A stretch of 64,000 nt of DNA from Gammaproteobacteria bacterium (lineage in GTDB: Bacteria > Pseudomonadota > Gammaproteobacteria > JAJPIJ01): positions 9,505 through 73,504 of the forward strand of contig JAJPIJ010000042.1 of assembly GCA_021324815.1 (NCBI GenBank), given 5' to 3'. Position numbers and translations under genes: made by a program. Below are positions 49,930 through 59,528 of the stretch, in pieces. The notes under the pieces are model-generated. The model searched no databases, was not told the origin of the DNA, and saw only the letters and a list, made by a program, of their open reading frames with translations. Numbering within the stretch: position 1 is the first letter of the stretch; every line of letters starts with the position of its first letter.

Positions 49930-51216
49930 GTGGACGATCAAACGCCGGAATACATCGGCAAGTACAGGATCGTCGGCATCGCCGGCCGCGGCGCCATGGG
50001 CGTGGTCTACATCGGCCACGATCCACTGCTGGACCGCAAGGTGGCCATCAAGGTGGCGTCCAAGGCCGACATGGGCGACGAGCACGCCGCCCGGCAGGCG
50101 TTCAAGATGTTTTTGAACGAGGCGCAGACGGCCGGCGCGCTCGATCACACCCACATCCTCAAGGTCTTTGATGCCGGCGAAGTGGACAACAGCATGTACA
50201 TGGTGATGGAGTACGTCGACGGCGCCGACACGCTCAAGTCGTTCATCGAGCCCGGCAAGCTCCTGCCCGTCGACGTGCTGGCGGGCTATTTCCGCCAGTG
50301 CGCGGACGCGCTCGACTACGCCCACGGCCACGGCGTGGTGCATCGGGACATCAAGCCCGCCAACCTCATGCTGACGCGGGACGGCAAGGTCAAGATCGGC
50401 GACTTCGGCATCGCCAGGCGCGTGGCGGCCGATCAGACCCAGGTGATGGGCTGGTTCGGCTCGCCCATGTACATGTCGCCGGAACAGGCCCGCGACGAGG
50501 AAATCACGGGGCAGTCCGACCTGTTTTCACTGGGCGCGGTGATGTACGAGCTGTTGAGCGGTTCGCCGCCGTTCGTGGCGCGCGGCATCTCTGGACTCAT
50601 CCACAAGGTGCTGCACGAGGAGCCCAAGCCGCTGCGCGATCGACGGCCGGAGGTGCCGGAGAGGCTCGCCGCCATCGTCCACCGCTGCCTGCAGAAAGAC
50701 AGGGGCAGGCGTTACCAGACCGGCGCCGAGATCGTCCGCGATCTGGACGCATTTCTCGCCAGCGGCGAGACCGAGCCCGAACCGCCGGCGGAGGAGAAAC
50801 TCGAGCTGCTGAAGGCGCTGGCCTTCTTCGAGGGTTATTCCCCGGCGATGATCAAGGAGGTGTTGAAGGTGGCCCAATGGCGGGTCTTCGCCCCCGAGTC
50901 GGTGTTGATCCGGGAGGGCTATCAGGAGGCGGGCTTTTTCATCGTCATCGACGGGCAATTGAGCATGCTGCGCGATGACCGGCCGATCGGCACGGTGGAG
51001 GGCGGCGAGTGCGCGGGCGAGATCGGATATCTGACGGGCGGCAAGCGGGCGGTCACCGTCAAGGCCCTGACCAAGGTCAGGGCGTTTTTCATCGAGGCCA
51101 AACTGACGGAATGGGCCTCGCTGCCGCTGCAGATGCGTCTCCAGCGCTCCTTTCAGTCGGTGCTCATCAATCGCCTCGTGCGGGCCTATGAGCGGCTGGC
51201 GCGCCACCGGGCGTGA
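49930..51216 (+). CDS. Ser/Thr protein kinase fused to a C-terminal cyclic-nucleotide-binding (cNMP) domain.
   Basis: Hanks kinase motifs are present: GxGxxG ([11 protein letters not shown]), [17 protein letters not shown] and SPEQ. A C-terminal CAP-family cNMP domain follows (..[49 protein letters not shown]...[10 protein letters not shown]..). Confidence 0.85.
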   Translation: MDDQTPEYIGKYRIVGIAGRGAMGVVYIGHDPLLDRKVAIKVASKADMGDEHAARQAFKMFLNEAQTAGALDHTHILKVFDAGEVDNSMYMVMEYVDGADTLKSFIEPGKLLPVDVLAGYFRQCADALDYAHGHGVVHRDIKPANLMLTRDGKVKIGDFGIARRVAADQTQVMGWFGSPMYMSPEQARDEEITGQSDLFSLGAVMYELLSGSPPFVARGISGLIHKVLHEEPKPLRDRRPEVPERLAAIVHRCLQKDRGRRYQTGAEIVRDLDAFLASGETEPEPPAEEKLELLKALAFFEGYSPAMIKEVLKVAQWRVFAPESVLIREGYQEAGFFIVIDGQLSMLRDDRPIGTVEGGECAGEIGYLTGGKRAVTVKALTKVRAFFIEAKLTEWASLPLQMRLQRSFQSVLINRLVRAYERLARHRA

Positions 51217-51251
51217 AGGAATATTTCGAGAATCCATGGGAAGAAGCGTTC

Positions 51252-52415
51252 ATGAAAATCATACTTGCGCCGGATTCATTCAAGGAGAATCTCACCTCAC
51301 TGGAGGTGGCCGGTGAAATCGAAAAGGGCATCCGCCGGGTGCTCCCCGGGGCCCGTTGCATCAAGGTGCCGATGGCCGACGGCGGCGAGGGGACCGTGCA
51401 GTCGATGGTGGACGCCACCGGCGGCCGGGTGGTGCGCTGCCGCGTCAAGGCACCGCTCGGCAACGTCGTGACCGCGCGCTACGGTCTGCTGGGCGGCGGC
51501 CGCACCGCGGTCATCGAAATGGCCGAGGCCTCCGGGCTGCACCTGGTGCCGCCCCGCCGGCGCAATCCACTGCTGACCAGCACCTTCGGCACGGGCCAGT
51601 TGCTGCTGGACGCGCTCAATCGAGGCGTGCGCACCATCATCATCGGCATCGGCGGTTCGGCGACCAACGACGGCGGGGCCGGCATGGCCCAGGCGCTGGG
51701 CGCACGTTTTCTCGACGCCGCGGGCCGGCCGCTGCGAGGCCCCGCCTGCGGCGGCATGCTCGACAGGATCCGGGCGCTGGATGTGAGCGGCATGGACCCG
51801 CGCCTACGCCGCGTGAAGATTCTGGTCGCCTGCGACGTGACCAACCCCTTGTACGGCCCGCGGGGCGCCTCGCATGTGTACGGCCGGCAGAAGGGGGCGA
51901 CGCCGGCGATGGCGGCGAAGCTGGATCGCAATCTCCGGCATTTCGCGCGGATCATCAAGCGCGATCTCGGCGTGGACGTGGCCCGGCGGCCCGGCGCGGG
52001 CGCCGCCGGCGGGCTGGGCGCGGGGCTCATGGCCTTCACGCGCGCGCAACTCAAACGCGGCGTGGAACTGGTGGTCAAGGCCACCCGGCTCGAGTCGCGC
52101 ATGAGGGGCGCGGATCTCGCCATCACCGGCGAGGGGCGCGTGGATTTCCAGACCGCCTTCGGCAAGACACCCGCCGGCGTGGCCGCCGCGGCGCGCCGCC
52201 ACGGCGTGCCGGTCGTCGCCATCGGCGGGGGGCTTGCGGACGACGCCCGCGGCGTGTTCGCGCACGGCATCGACGGCCTGGAGTCCGCCACGCCCGACGC
52301 CATGCCGCTCCCGGTGGCCATCCGCAAATCGCGGCAATACCTTCAAGACGCCGGCGAGCGCGTGGCGCGGCTCATTCTCATCGGTCGCAACATGCGGCGC
52401 CGGCGTGGACGGTGA
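51252..52415 (+). CDS. glxK: Glycerate kinase.
   Basis: Collinear with E. coli GlxK: MKIILAPDSFKENL..., ..IGIGGSATNDGGAGMAQALGA.., ..GAGAAGGLGAGLMAF.., ..ITGEGRVDFQT.. The start at 51252 was chosen over the 51213 extension. Confidence 0.9.
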   Translation: MKIILAPDSFKENLTSLEVAGEIEKGIRRVLPGARCIKVPMADGGEGTVQSMVDATGGRVVRCRVKAPLGNVVTARYGLLGGGRTAVIEMAEASGLHLVPPRRRNPLLTSTFGTGQLLLDALNRGVRTIIIGIGGSATNDGGAGMAQALGARFLDAAGRPLRGPACGGMLDRIRALDVSGMDPRLRRVKILVACDVTNPLYGPRGASHVYGRQKGATPAMAAKLDRNLRHFARIIKRDLGVDVARRPGAGAAGGLGAGLMAFTRAQLKRGVELVVKATRLESRMRGADLAITGEGRVDFQTAFGKTPAGVAAAARRHGVPVVAIGGGLADDARGVFAHGIDGLESATPDAMPLPVAIRKSRQYLQDAGERVARLILIGRNMRRRRGR

Positions 52416-52419
52416 TCCC

Positions 52420-52626
52420 ATGAACAACCGCGATCAACTCATCGATCTCATGATCACGCACAAGCTGGAGCGTCGCGACGTGGCGCAACTGGTGCATGTT
52501 CCCATCGACACCGTGCATCACTGGCTGCTGCCGATGGAAGCGCATGGCCGGGTGGAGATCCCGGACATGGCCATCGAACTGCTGAACCTCAAACTCGAAC
52601 GGCGTAGCCAGCTGCCATTAACTTAA
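52420..52626 (+). CDS. Small hypothetical protein (68 aa) with a possible helix-turn-helix.
   Basis: MNNRDQLIDLMITHKLERRDVAQLVHVPIDTVHHWL... has a candidate HTH (RRDVAQLVHVPIDTVHHWL). It lies 5 nt after the glxK stop. No family assignment was possible. Confidence 0.4.
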   Translation: MNNRDQLIDLMITHKLERRDVAQLVHVPIDTVHHWLLPMEAHGRVEIPDMAIELLNLKLERRSQLPLT

Positions 52627-52672
52627 GGGAACCCGGCATAAGCTGAGTTTCCTGCGGCACATGGAAGTGCCG

Positions 52673-52731
52673 CCGCGAGCGATGGCGCATGCCATCGCTC
52701 GCGAAGGTGCGCAAAAACCACGCTTTTTGCG
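52673..52731. other. Two adjacent perfect hairpins in the convergent intergenic region (candidate bidirectional terminator).
   Basis: CGCGAGCGATGGCgcatGCCATCGCTCGCG is a 13-bp stem. GCGCAAAAAccacgcTTTTTGCGC is a 9-bp stem. No flanking T-run is present on either strand. Confidence 0.35.
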
Positions 52732-52775
52732 CGCCGTGCGCTGAGAAGTCCAGGATGGACTTATTCAGAGCTTCC

Positions 52776-53690
52776 CTAATGGATGGTGAGGAACTGCGGC
52801 GGCAGAAAGGTGCCGTGCGCGGATAGATCGGTCAGGCGCGCGACGTTGTCGCTGATGGGCTCGATGATGACGTGACGCCGGGAGATGGAGCGGAAGTCGT
52901 TGCTCAGGGTCACGTCGCTGCCGTGCTCGCGGCCCAGCACGTTCTTGCCGGGGTGCAGCAGATAGAGGTTGCCCTGCTCATCGACCAGCCGGTAGGTCTT
53001 GCCGGCAAACAGTTTGAAGTGATGGCGGGCCAGCAGCAGGTCGACCGGCTTGCCGGCATCGAGTCGTAACAATACCGCCTGTCCGTGCGGCAGCCGCTCG
53101 AAGGGATTGTACAGTCGCGCCGGCTCCGGCGCCGGCGGCGCTTCGTAAACGGCCGTTGCCCCGGCATCGATGTCCGCCCGCCCCGCCGCGCGCGATTTCC
53201 GGCTTTCCTCCTCGACGGGCAGGTTGGTCTTGAATTCGAAGAGGTCCTGCATCAGCTCATGCCGCGCGCTCAGGTACTGCAAATACTTGGCCAGCGCGAT
53301 GCGGCGGTAGGCGTCGCGCTCGGGGCCGCCTTCCCTGAGCGTGGTGATGATTTCGCGCCAGTGGTAGTCCGTGGAGAATTGCTCGGGCTCGAGCTCCCTG
53401 AGCAGCGTGCCGGCGGCGGCCGGGTGGGCCAGGCAGGCCTTCACGACCTCGAGAAAGCGCCCCTCGACGCTTTTCAGATTGATGACCTCCTTGTACAGCA
53501 TCGCCGGCGGCTGCCGCATCCATTCCAGCAACTTGTTCACCGGCAGGTATTTGCGTCCGGCCAGCGCGAATTCGAAATCGAGCGGGCTGTGAAAACAGTA
53601 ATCACGCCCCTCGAGGGTCAGGCGCAGGCTCGCCGCCGGCCGGACCAGCCGCCACAACGTGCGTACCGCTTGACGCAGCGATTGGAACAT
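52776..53690 (-). CDS. FHA-domain protein with an N-terminal domain of unknown function.
   Basis: The C-terminal FHA core is ...GKNVLGREHGSDVTLSNDFRSISRRHVIIEPISDNVARLTDLSAHGTFL... The protein is 304 aa. Confidence 0.7.
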   Translation of the reverse strand: MFQSLRQAVRTLWRLVRPAASLRLTLEGRDYCFHSPLDFEFALAGRKYLPVNKLLEWMRQPPAMLYKEVINLKSVEGRFLEVVKACLAHPAAAGTLLRELEPEQFSTDYHWREIITTLREGGPERDAYRRIALAKYLQYLSARHELMQDLFEFKTNLPVEEESRKSRAAGRADIDAGATAVYEAPPAPEPARLYNPFERLPHGQAVLLRLDAGKPVDLLLARHHFKLFAGKTYRLVDEQGNLYLLHPGKNVLGREHGSDVTLSNDFRSISRRHVIIEPISDNVARLTDLSAHGTFLPPQFLTIH

Positions 53691-53779
53691 GCGAGCGCGC
53701 CGCTTACTGTGCCATTCCTTTCAGGGAAAATGTAATCAATTCATGCACCCGCGTCAACTTGCTGAGAAGCCGTCCAGGT

Positions 53780-56689
53780 TCAGGATTGGGAACCCTTGAT
53801 CTCAAAAAAGCGCTTGCCGACGGCGAAGGCATCCGGCTCGAGGATGGCCTCCGATCCCGCCGGCTCCGCCGCCGCGACCGGCGCGTGATTCTTGCCCAGG
53901 TTGCGCACCAGCAGCCGCCGGCGCTCCGGCGCCAGCAATATTTGATCATAGGCGGCCAGCAGGTCCTCCTTGCTCATGCGCAACACCGCCTGGACGATCC
54001 GCTCGCGGGTGTCGAAATGATATTGCTTCAGATCGAGCTCCTTCCAGTAACGATCGGTGCGCGTCGTCAGGCTGTCGTCCTGTGTCAGGATGCGCGTGAT
54101 GACGCCCTGCTTCTGGCGCCGGAAGTCGGCGTCGCTCATGGCGGCCAGACGCGGGCGGTAGCCGCGCAGGAAGGCCTCTATGCGCTGTTCCAGCGCGCCG
54201 GCCGAGGCGTGCGGAGACTGCACGAGGAAGACCATGCCCGGCACGTCGAGGAGTGGCAGCGCGTTCGCCGACACGACGTAACCCAGTTGCTGCTCCGTGC
54301 GCAGATCGCTGTAGAAAGGCGCGCTGACCACCTGCACCAGCAGCTCCACGCGGGCGTGGCTGCCGGCGGTTTGATCGTCGCCCTGAAAATAAGCGGCCAG
54401 CGAGGAATCGGAGTGATCGATGGCCAGGTCGCGGACGTAGCGCACGCCGTCCTCCAGGCGCACGACCCGCGCGCCGGCCACCGCCACCGGCCGCGCCGGT
54501 TGCACCAGCTCCTTTTTCAAGACCGCAGCCAGCGCCCCGGCGCCGGCGCGATCCAGGTTGCCATGGGCCATGGCGATGACATAAATCCTGCCCATGAGCT
54601 CGGGAATGAAGGTGCGCAGATCGGCGGCGGTGAGCGGCTCGGCGGCCCGCATCCGCTCCTCCTCGCTCCAGGACGGGCGCACCAGCAGCTTGGAAATCTC
54701 CGCCGTGGTCTGCTCGTAGGGATCCTCGTGGCGCACGTTGGCCAGCTCGCGCAAATAGACGTCCTTGATCTCGGCAAAGCGCTCGTCGACAATCCTGGGC
54801 TCGCGCAGGGTGCGGGCAATCTGCTCAAGCAGCAGCGACTGCTTGTCGTTGTAGCCGGAGATGCGCACCGTGAAACCGCGGACATGCGGATAGATTTTGT
54901 ACGACAACCCCGCCAGCTGCGCCGGGTAGGCATATTCGTTCAATTGATCGCTGATGAGGCGCGTGTAGAGCGCGGTGAGCGCCGAGTGCGCGGCGCTGTC
55001 GTTGGCCACCGGCGAACGGACGGAAAAATAAAAATCGGCAATCGGCAGGCGGAAGGTGTCATCCTGCTTGAACCACAATTCGAATCCCGGCTGCTCGTCG
55101 ATGCGCACGGGCACCGGCGTGGCATCCGCCGCTAGCGGCAGCACGGCGGTGTTCTCGGGGATGAACGGGTTTTTCTCCGGCAGGACCAGCGCCGCGTCCA
55201 CGGAGGAGGGGCTGCGCCACGCCGACAGCTCCCGCGGCGAAAGGTGCTGCACCTGGTAGGCGGCGTGGTACCACGGATCCTCCCTGTCCGTCTTCACGCC
55301 GTGCGCCAGCACCGCGATGATGACGTTTTCCGGCGTCAGCTTGTCCAGATAGGCGCGGATCAGGGGTTCATCATAGTTCTCCATCAGATAATCCGCCCGC
55401 AGCACGTCCCGGACGGCCACCCGCTGCAGCTCCGCGGCGAGTTCAATCACCGTTTCCAGCGGCGGCGGGTTCTGTCTGAATTCAAAGCTGATATCGGCCA
55501 GCCGGGCCTGCTCCCGGTAGCGCCAGGCCTCCACGCCGTGCGCGCGCAGGAGGGCGATGTCCTGGAAGACCAGCCCCACCACGTCGTCAACGTGCTGCAA
55601 ACCCGTCTCGGTCAGTTTGATCGAGATGGCGAACGCCGATTCGGTGGTGTCGTCCACCACGGTGCCGGCGGACAATTGCTCGCCCCAGCCGCGCTTCTTG
55701 AGCAGCGACAGCAGGCTGCCCGTGCCTTCGTGGCCCAGCAGGTTGCCGATGTAGTGCAGCGGCTTCTCGCGGTAATGGCTGCGCACCGGCGGCAGGGGAA
55801 AGATCAATTGCAGCTCGCGTTCGTCCTTGACGGGCTCGATGTTGACGCGCACGGGCAGCCGCCCCGCGAGCACGGGCGGCACGTTCACCTGCCGGGGTTT
55901 GGCGTCGGTGTTGCGGACCGCGCCGAATTTTTCCGTCACCCAGCGCCTGAGCACGGGCAGCGGCTCGACGCCGAGCACCGTCAGGGTCATCAGGTTGGCG
56001 GAATAATGCTCCTGGTAGAAGCGCAGCAGTTCGTCGCGCACCGGCCGGCCGTCGCGGTCGGCCAGCGTGGCCAGGCTGCCGACCGTGAAGCGCGACATCG
56101 GATGCGCGGGGTTGAGCAGCTGCTGGAGGACGGAGTAGCTGCGCCGCTCGTCCTCCGTGATGCGCGCCTGGTATTCGGAATCCACGGCGTTTTTTTCGCG
56201 CGCGACGTATTCGGCGGTGAACAGCGGCGCGATAAAGAACTGGCTGAAGCGGTCCAGCGCCGGTTCGAGAAAGCGCTTGTCGATGTCGAAATGAAAGTTG
56301 GTCTCCTCGTAACCCGTGAAGGCGTTGTGGTTGCCGCCGTGCGCGGTGATGAAGTCCTGGTATTCGCCCGGCTGCGGATATTTTTGGGTGCCCAGAAACA
56401 GCATGTGTTCCAGGAAATGCGCCAGCCCCAGGCGATCCGCGGGATCACTGCTGCTGCCGATGCCCACCTCCAGCGCCGCCGCCGCGTGATCCGCGCCGGC
56501 ATCCGAGATGAGCAGCACCCGCATCTTGTTGGGGAGCACGAGATACTCGTATTGACGCTGGTCGTGCGGGCTCTGGACAATCGCCCCGGCCGGCGGCGCA
56601 AGGGCCCGGGCCGCGCCGCAATAATAAAGACCCACCGCCGCCGCGGCCAGGATGAGCAAACGGCGGGCAGTCATGGAGAAATCGCGCAT
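53780..56689 (-). CDS. Secreted M16-family zinc metallopeptidase (pitrilysin/insulinase-like, about 970 aa).
   Basis: The protein has a signal peptide and the inverted zinc motif HFLEHMLFLGT (HxxEH) with a downstream E (..NAFTGYEETNF..). Its size and organisation resemble PtrA-like proteins. Confidence 0.85.
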   Translation of the reverse strand: MRDFSMTARRLLILAAAAVGLYYCGAARALAPPAGAIVQSPHDQRQYEYLVLPNKMRVLLISDAGADHAAAALEVGIGSSSDPADRLGLAHFLEHMLFLGTQKYPQPGEYQDFITAHGGNHNAFTGYEETNFHFDIDKRFLEPALDRFSQFFIAPLFTAEYVAREKNAVDSEYQARITEDERRSYSVLQQLLNPAHPMSRFTVGSLATLADRDGRPVRDELLRFYQEHYSANLMTLTVLGVEPLPVLRRWVTEKFGAVRNTDAKPRQVNVPPVLAGRLPVRVNIEPVKDERELQLIFPLPPVRSHYREKPLHYIGNLLGHEGTGSLLSLLKKRGWGEQLSAGTVVDDTTESAFAISIKLTETGLQHVDDVVGLVFQDIALLRAHGVEAWRYREQARLADISFEFRQNPPPLETVIELAAELQRVAVRDVLRADYLMENYDEPLIRAYLDKLTPENVIIAVLAHGVKTDREDPWYHAAYQVQHLSPRELSAWRSPSSVDAALVLPEKNPFIPENTAVLPLAADATPVPVRIDEQPGFELWFKQDDTFRLPIADFYFSVRSPVANDSAAHSALTALYTRLISDQLNEYAYPAQLAGLSYKIYPHVRGFTVRISGYNDKQSLLLEQIARTLREPRIVDERFAEIKDVYLRELANVRHEDPYEQTTAEISKLLVRPSWSEEERMRAAEPLTAADLRTFIPELMGRIYVIAMAHGNLDRAGAGALAAVLKKELVQPARPVAVAGARVVRLEDGVRYVRDLAIDHSDSSLAAYFQGDDQTAGSHARVELLVQVVSAPFYSDLRTEQQLGYVVSANALPLLDVPGMVFLVQSPHASAGALEQRIEAFLRGYRPRLAAMSDADFRRQKQGVITRILTQDDSLTTRTDRYWKELDLKQYHFDTRERIVQAVLRMSKEDLLAAYDQILLAPERRRLLVRNLGKNHAPVAAAEPAGSEAILEPDAFAVGKRFFEIKGSQS

Positions 56690-56773
56690 GGAGGAGTTTC
56701 TGGGACGGGTTCTGGGGTTGGACAGTCTCGCCTCACCGTGGTTCGCCCGTGATCCGGGGTTTCGCGAAGGCGG

Positions 56774-57100
56774 CTATCCGCGTCGCGTGATGGCAAGCAT
56801 GTACGGCGTCCAGGCCAGCAGCATGAGCATCCACAGCACGATCTCGATGCGGATGATGCGACGGTAACGGGCGCGGACGGCGCCCGCCGCATCCGCCATG
56901 AACACGCGGGCCATGGTGATGTCGAGCGGCAGGCTGAAGGCGAGCATGGCCATGAAGGTGGGGGCGATGACCGAGGGCCACAGATGCCATCCATGTTGCA
57001 GCCTCATGTCCGCCAGCGGCGCGCAGGCGATGACCAGCAGCGTCACGCACACCAGCAGAAATCGCAGCCAGCCGAGATCGGCGATCAGGCGTTTCAACAT
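56774..57100 (-). CDS. Small integral membrane protein (108 aa, three predicted TM helices).
   Basis: MLKRLIADLGWLRFLLVCVTLLVIACAPLADMRLQHGWHLWPSVIAPTFMAMLAFSLPLDITMARVFMADAAGAVRARYRRIIRIEIVLWMLMLLAWTPYMLAITRRG is hydrophobic throughout. The ATG is at 57100. The longer 227-aa ORF is rejected. Confidence 0.5.
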   Translation of the reverse strand: MLKRLIADLGWLRFLLVCVTLLVIACAPLADMRLQHGWHLWPSVIAPTFMAMLAFSLPLDITMARVFMADAAGAVRARYRRIIRIEIVLWMLMLLAWTPYMLAITRRG

Positions 57101-57215
57101 GATTTGACTTGGCGCTCGGAATTTCCGTCCCGCGGGAGCGACGGCACAATCACGGTTTGTGTCAGGCGTGTAGCATAGCATTGTGCGAGAGTGGATGGTA
57201 AAGGATGAGACCGTT

Positions 57216-58523
57216 ATGCTGTCGGTGGCGATGTCCATATCAGGAGCGTTGCGGTTGAAATTCTCCCTGTTTGGAGAGCGGCTCGGCGGCCGATCCGCCA
57301 TCCGCGAATTGATGGAGGACCTGGGCGCGGCGCTGGCGGGCGGCCGCGAGGTGTGCATGCTGGGCGGCGGCAATCCCGCCCACATCCCGGCGGTGGAGGA
57401 GCGGCTGCGCCGGCGCTGGCGGGAGGTGGCGGAGGACCCCGTTGCCTTTGCCCGCATGATCGGCGACTACGATGAGCCCCAGGGCGAACGCGGATTCATC
57501 GGGGCGCTGGCCGATCTGCTCCGTCGCACGCAGGGATGGCGGCTCGGCCCGCGCAACATCCTGCTGACGCACGGCAGCCAGTCGGCGTTTTTCATGCTCT
57601 TCAACCTGTTCGCCGGATCTCGGGCCGACGGCGGGCGGCGCCGTGTCTTTCTGCCGCTGACGCCGGAATATGTCGGTTACGGCGATGTCGGGGTGGAGGA
57701 GGACTTTTTGATCGCCCGGCGGCCGCAGGTGACCCTGTTGAACGAACCTTACTTCAAATACCACCTCGATCTGCACGACCTGCCGGCGGCGGAGGAGGTC
57801 GGCGCCATCTGCCTGTCGCGCCCCTCCAATCCCACCGGCAACGTGGTGACGGACGCCGAACTCGCGCAACTGCACGCGCTGGCGCGGCGCTGGGACGTGC
57901 CGTTGATTGTCGACGGCGCCTATGGCCCGCCGTTCCCGGACATCGTCTTCACCGACGCCGAGCCGCACTGGGACGAACGGATGATTCTCTGCCTGAGCCT
58001 CTCGAAACTGGGGCTGCCCGCGGCGCGCACCGGCATCATCATCGCCGCCGAGCCGATCATCGACATGCTGACCGGCATGAACGCGGTGCTGCATCTGGCC
58101 ACCGGCAGCGTGGGCGCGGCGCTGGCCCGCGACTGGGTGAGAAGCGGCGAGATTCTCACCCTGTCGCGCGAACACATACAGCCCTACTATCGCCGGCGCC
58201 TCGATCACGCCCTGCGGACGATGCAACGGGCGCTGCGGGGGTGTGCCTACCGCGTGCACCAGCCGGAGGGCGCGATTTTTCTCTGGCTGTGGTTTCCCAA
58301 CCTCCCCATCACGAGCGATGAACTGTACCGGCGGTTGAAGGCGCGCGGCGTGCTGGTATTGCCGGGACACTATTTTTTCCCCGGCCTGCCGGAGGATCCG
58401 GGCGATCCCTGGCCCCACCGCCATGAATGCATCCGGCTGACCTACGCGCAGGATGAGGCCGTGGTGGAGCGCGGAATCACCATACTGGCGGAGGAAATCA
58501 AACGTGCTTGCTCGTCGGCCTGA
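57216..58523 (+). CDS. avtA: Valine-pyruvate aminotransferase (transaminase C).
   Basis: Collinear with E. coli AvtA: KFSLFGERL.., ..LGGGNPAHIP.., ..GSQSAFFMLFNLFAG.., ..EGAIFLWLWFPNLPITSDELYRRLKARGVLVLPGHYFFPGL..WPH.HECIRLTY.. The ATG at 57216 was chosen; alternatives are 57183 and 57231. Confidence 0.85.
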   Translation: MLSVAMSISGALRLKFSLFGERLGGRSAIRELMEDLGAALAGGREVCMLGGGNPAHIPAVEERLRRRWREVAEDPVAFARMIGDYDEPQGERGFIGALADLLRRTQGWRLGPRNILLTHGSQSAFFMLFNLFAGSRADGGRRRVFLPLTPEYVGYGDVGVEEDFLIARRPQVTLLNEPYFKYHLDLHDLPAAEEVGAICLSRPSNPTGNVVTDAELAQLHALARRWDVPLIVDGAYGPPFPDIVFTDAEPHWDERMILCLSLSKLGLPAARTGIIIAAEPIIDMLTGMNAVLHLATGSVGAALARDWVRSGEILTLSREHIQPYYRRRLDHALRTMQRALRGCAYRVHQPEGAIFLWLWFPNLPITSDELYRRLKARGVLVLPGHYFFPGLPEDPGDPWPHRHECIRLTYAQDEAVVERGITILAEEIKRACSSA

Positions 58524-58535
58524 CGGGGGGAATCC

Positions 58536-59393
58536 ATGAAACGCGTCATCAGTGGAATGAATTTGAGCGTTTACGCCATCGGCCTCGGCGCCATGCCGCT
58601 GTCACTGGAACGCCGGCCCGACGAAGCGCGGGCCCTGGAGGTGTTCCGCGCCTTCATCGACGGCGGCGGGGATTTCATCGACACCGCCAACGTCTATTGC
58701 CTCGACAACGACGACATCGGCCACAACGAGCGGCTGGTTGCACGGGCGCTCACGACGCTTGGCTGCCGCGACCGGATCACGGTGGCGACCAAGGGCGGCG
58801 TCACGCGCCCGCGCGGCGCGTGGGAGACCGACGGCCGCCCCGCCTTCATCCGCGCCTCCTGCGAGCGCAGCCTGCGCGACCTCGGCACCGACTGCATCGC
58901 GCTCTATCAATTGCACGCCGTCGACCCCAGGGTGCCGCTGGAGGACACCGTGGGCGAACTCGCGCGCCTGCAGGCGGAGGGCAAGATCCGGCACATCGGG
59001 CTCTCCAACGTGCGCGCGGCGCAACTGGAGGCGGCGCTGCGCGTGGCGCGCATCGTGTCGGTGCAGAACCGCTGCAACGTGCTGGAGCAGAGGGATTTCC
59101 GCAATGGCCTGGTGGATGTGTGCGGCCGCCTCGGCGTGACCTACATCCCGCACAGCCCGGTCGGCGGCTACTTCGGCCACCGGCAACTGGGCTCACATCC
59201 GTTGTTGCGGAAACTGGCGCAGGCGCATGATTGTTCGCCGCAGGCCGTCGCGCTGGCCTGGCTGCTCGCCCGGGGGGACCACCTCCTGCCGATCCCGGGC
59301 GCCAGCCGCCCGGAGAGCATCCGCGACAGCCTGACCGCCGTGTCCGTGGCGTTGACCGCGGAGGACATGCGCGCCCTCGACGCGCTGGGTTGA
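58536..59393 (+). CDS. Aldo/keto reductase family oxidoreductase.
   Basis: AKR blocks are present: ..LGAMPLS..., ..FIDTANVY.., ..ALYQLHAVDPRVPLEDTVGELARLQAEGKIRHIGLSNV.., ..VQNRCNVLEQ.. Confidence 0.85.
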   Translation: MKRVISGMNLSVYAIGLGAMPLSLERRPDEARALEVFRAFIDGGGDFIDTANVYCLDNDDIGHNERLVARALTTLGCRDRITVATKGGVTRPRGAWETDGRPAFIRASCERSLRDLGTDCIALYQLHAVDPRVPLEDTVGELARLQAEGKIRHIGLSNVRAAQLEAALRVARIVSVQNRCNVLEQRDFRNGLVDVCGRLGVTYIPHSPVGGYFGHRQLGSHPLLRKLAQAHDCSPQAVALAWLLARGDHLLPIPGASRPESIRDSLTAVSVALTAEDMRALDALG

Positions 59394-59528
59394 GTGAGTT
59401 GTAACGTGAAAAACGTAACGAGCGAAGGCAGAACGAGGCGCGAGTGTCCGAAAAACCGGAGTATACAAGTCAGTAAATGAGGATTTTGAGGACACGAGCA
59501 ACACTGTTATGCCGAGCGCAGTAGTTTT

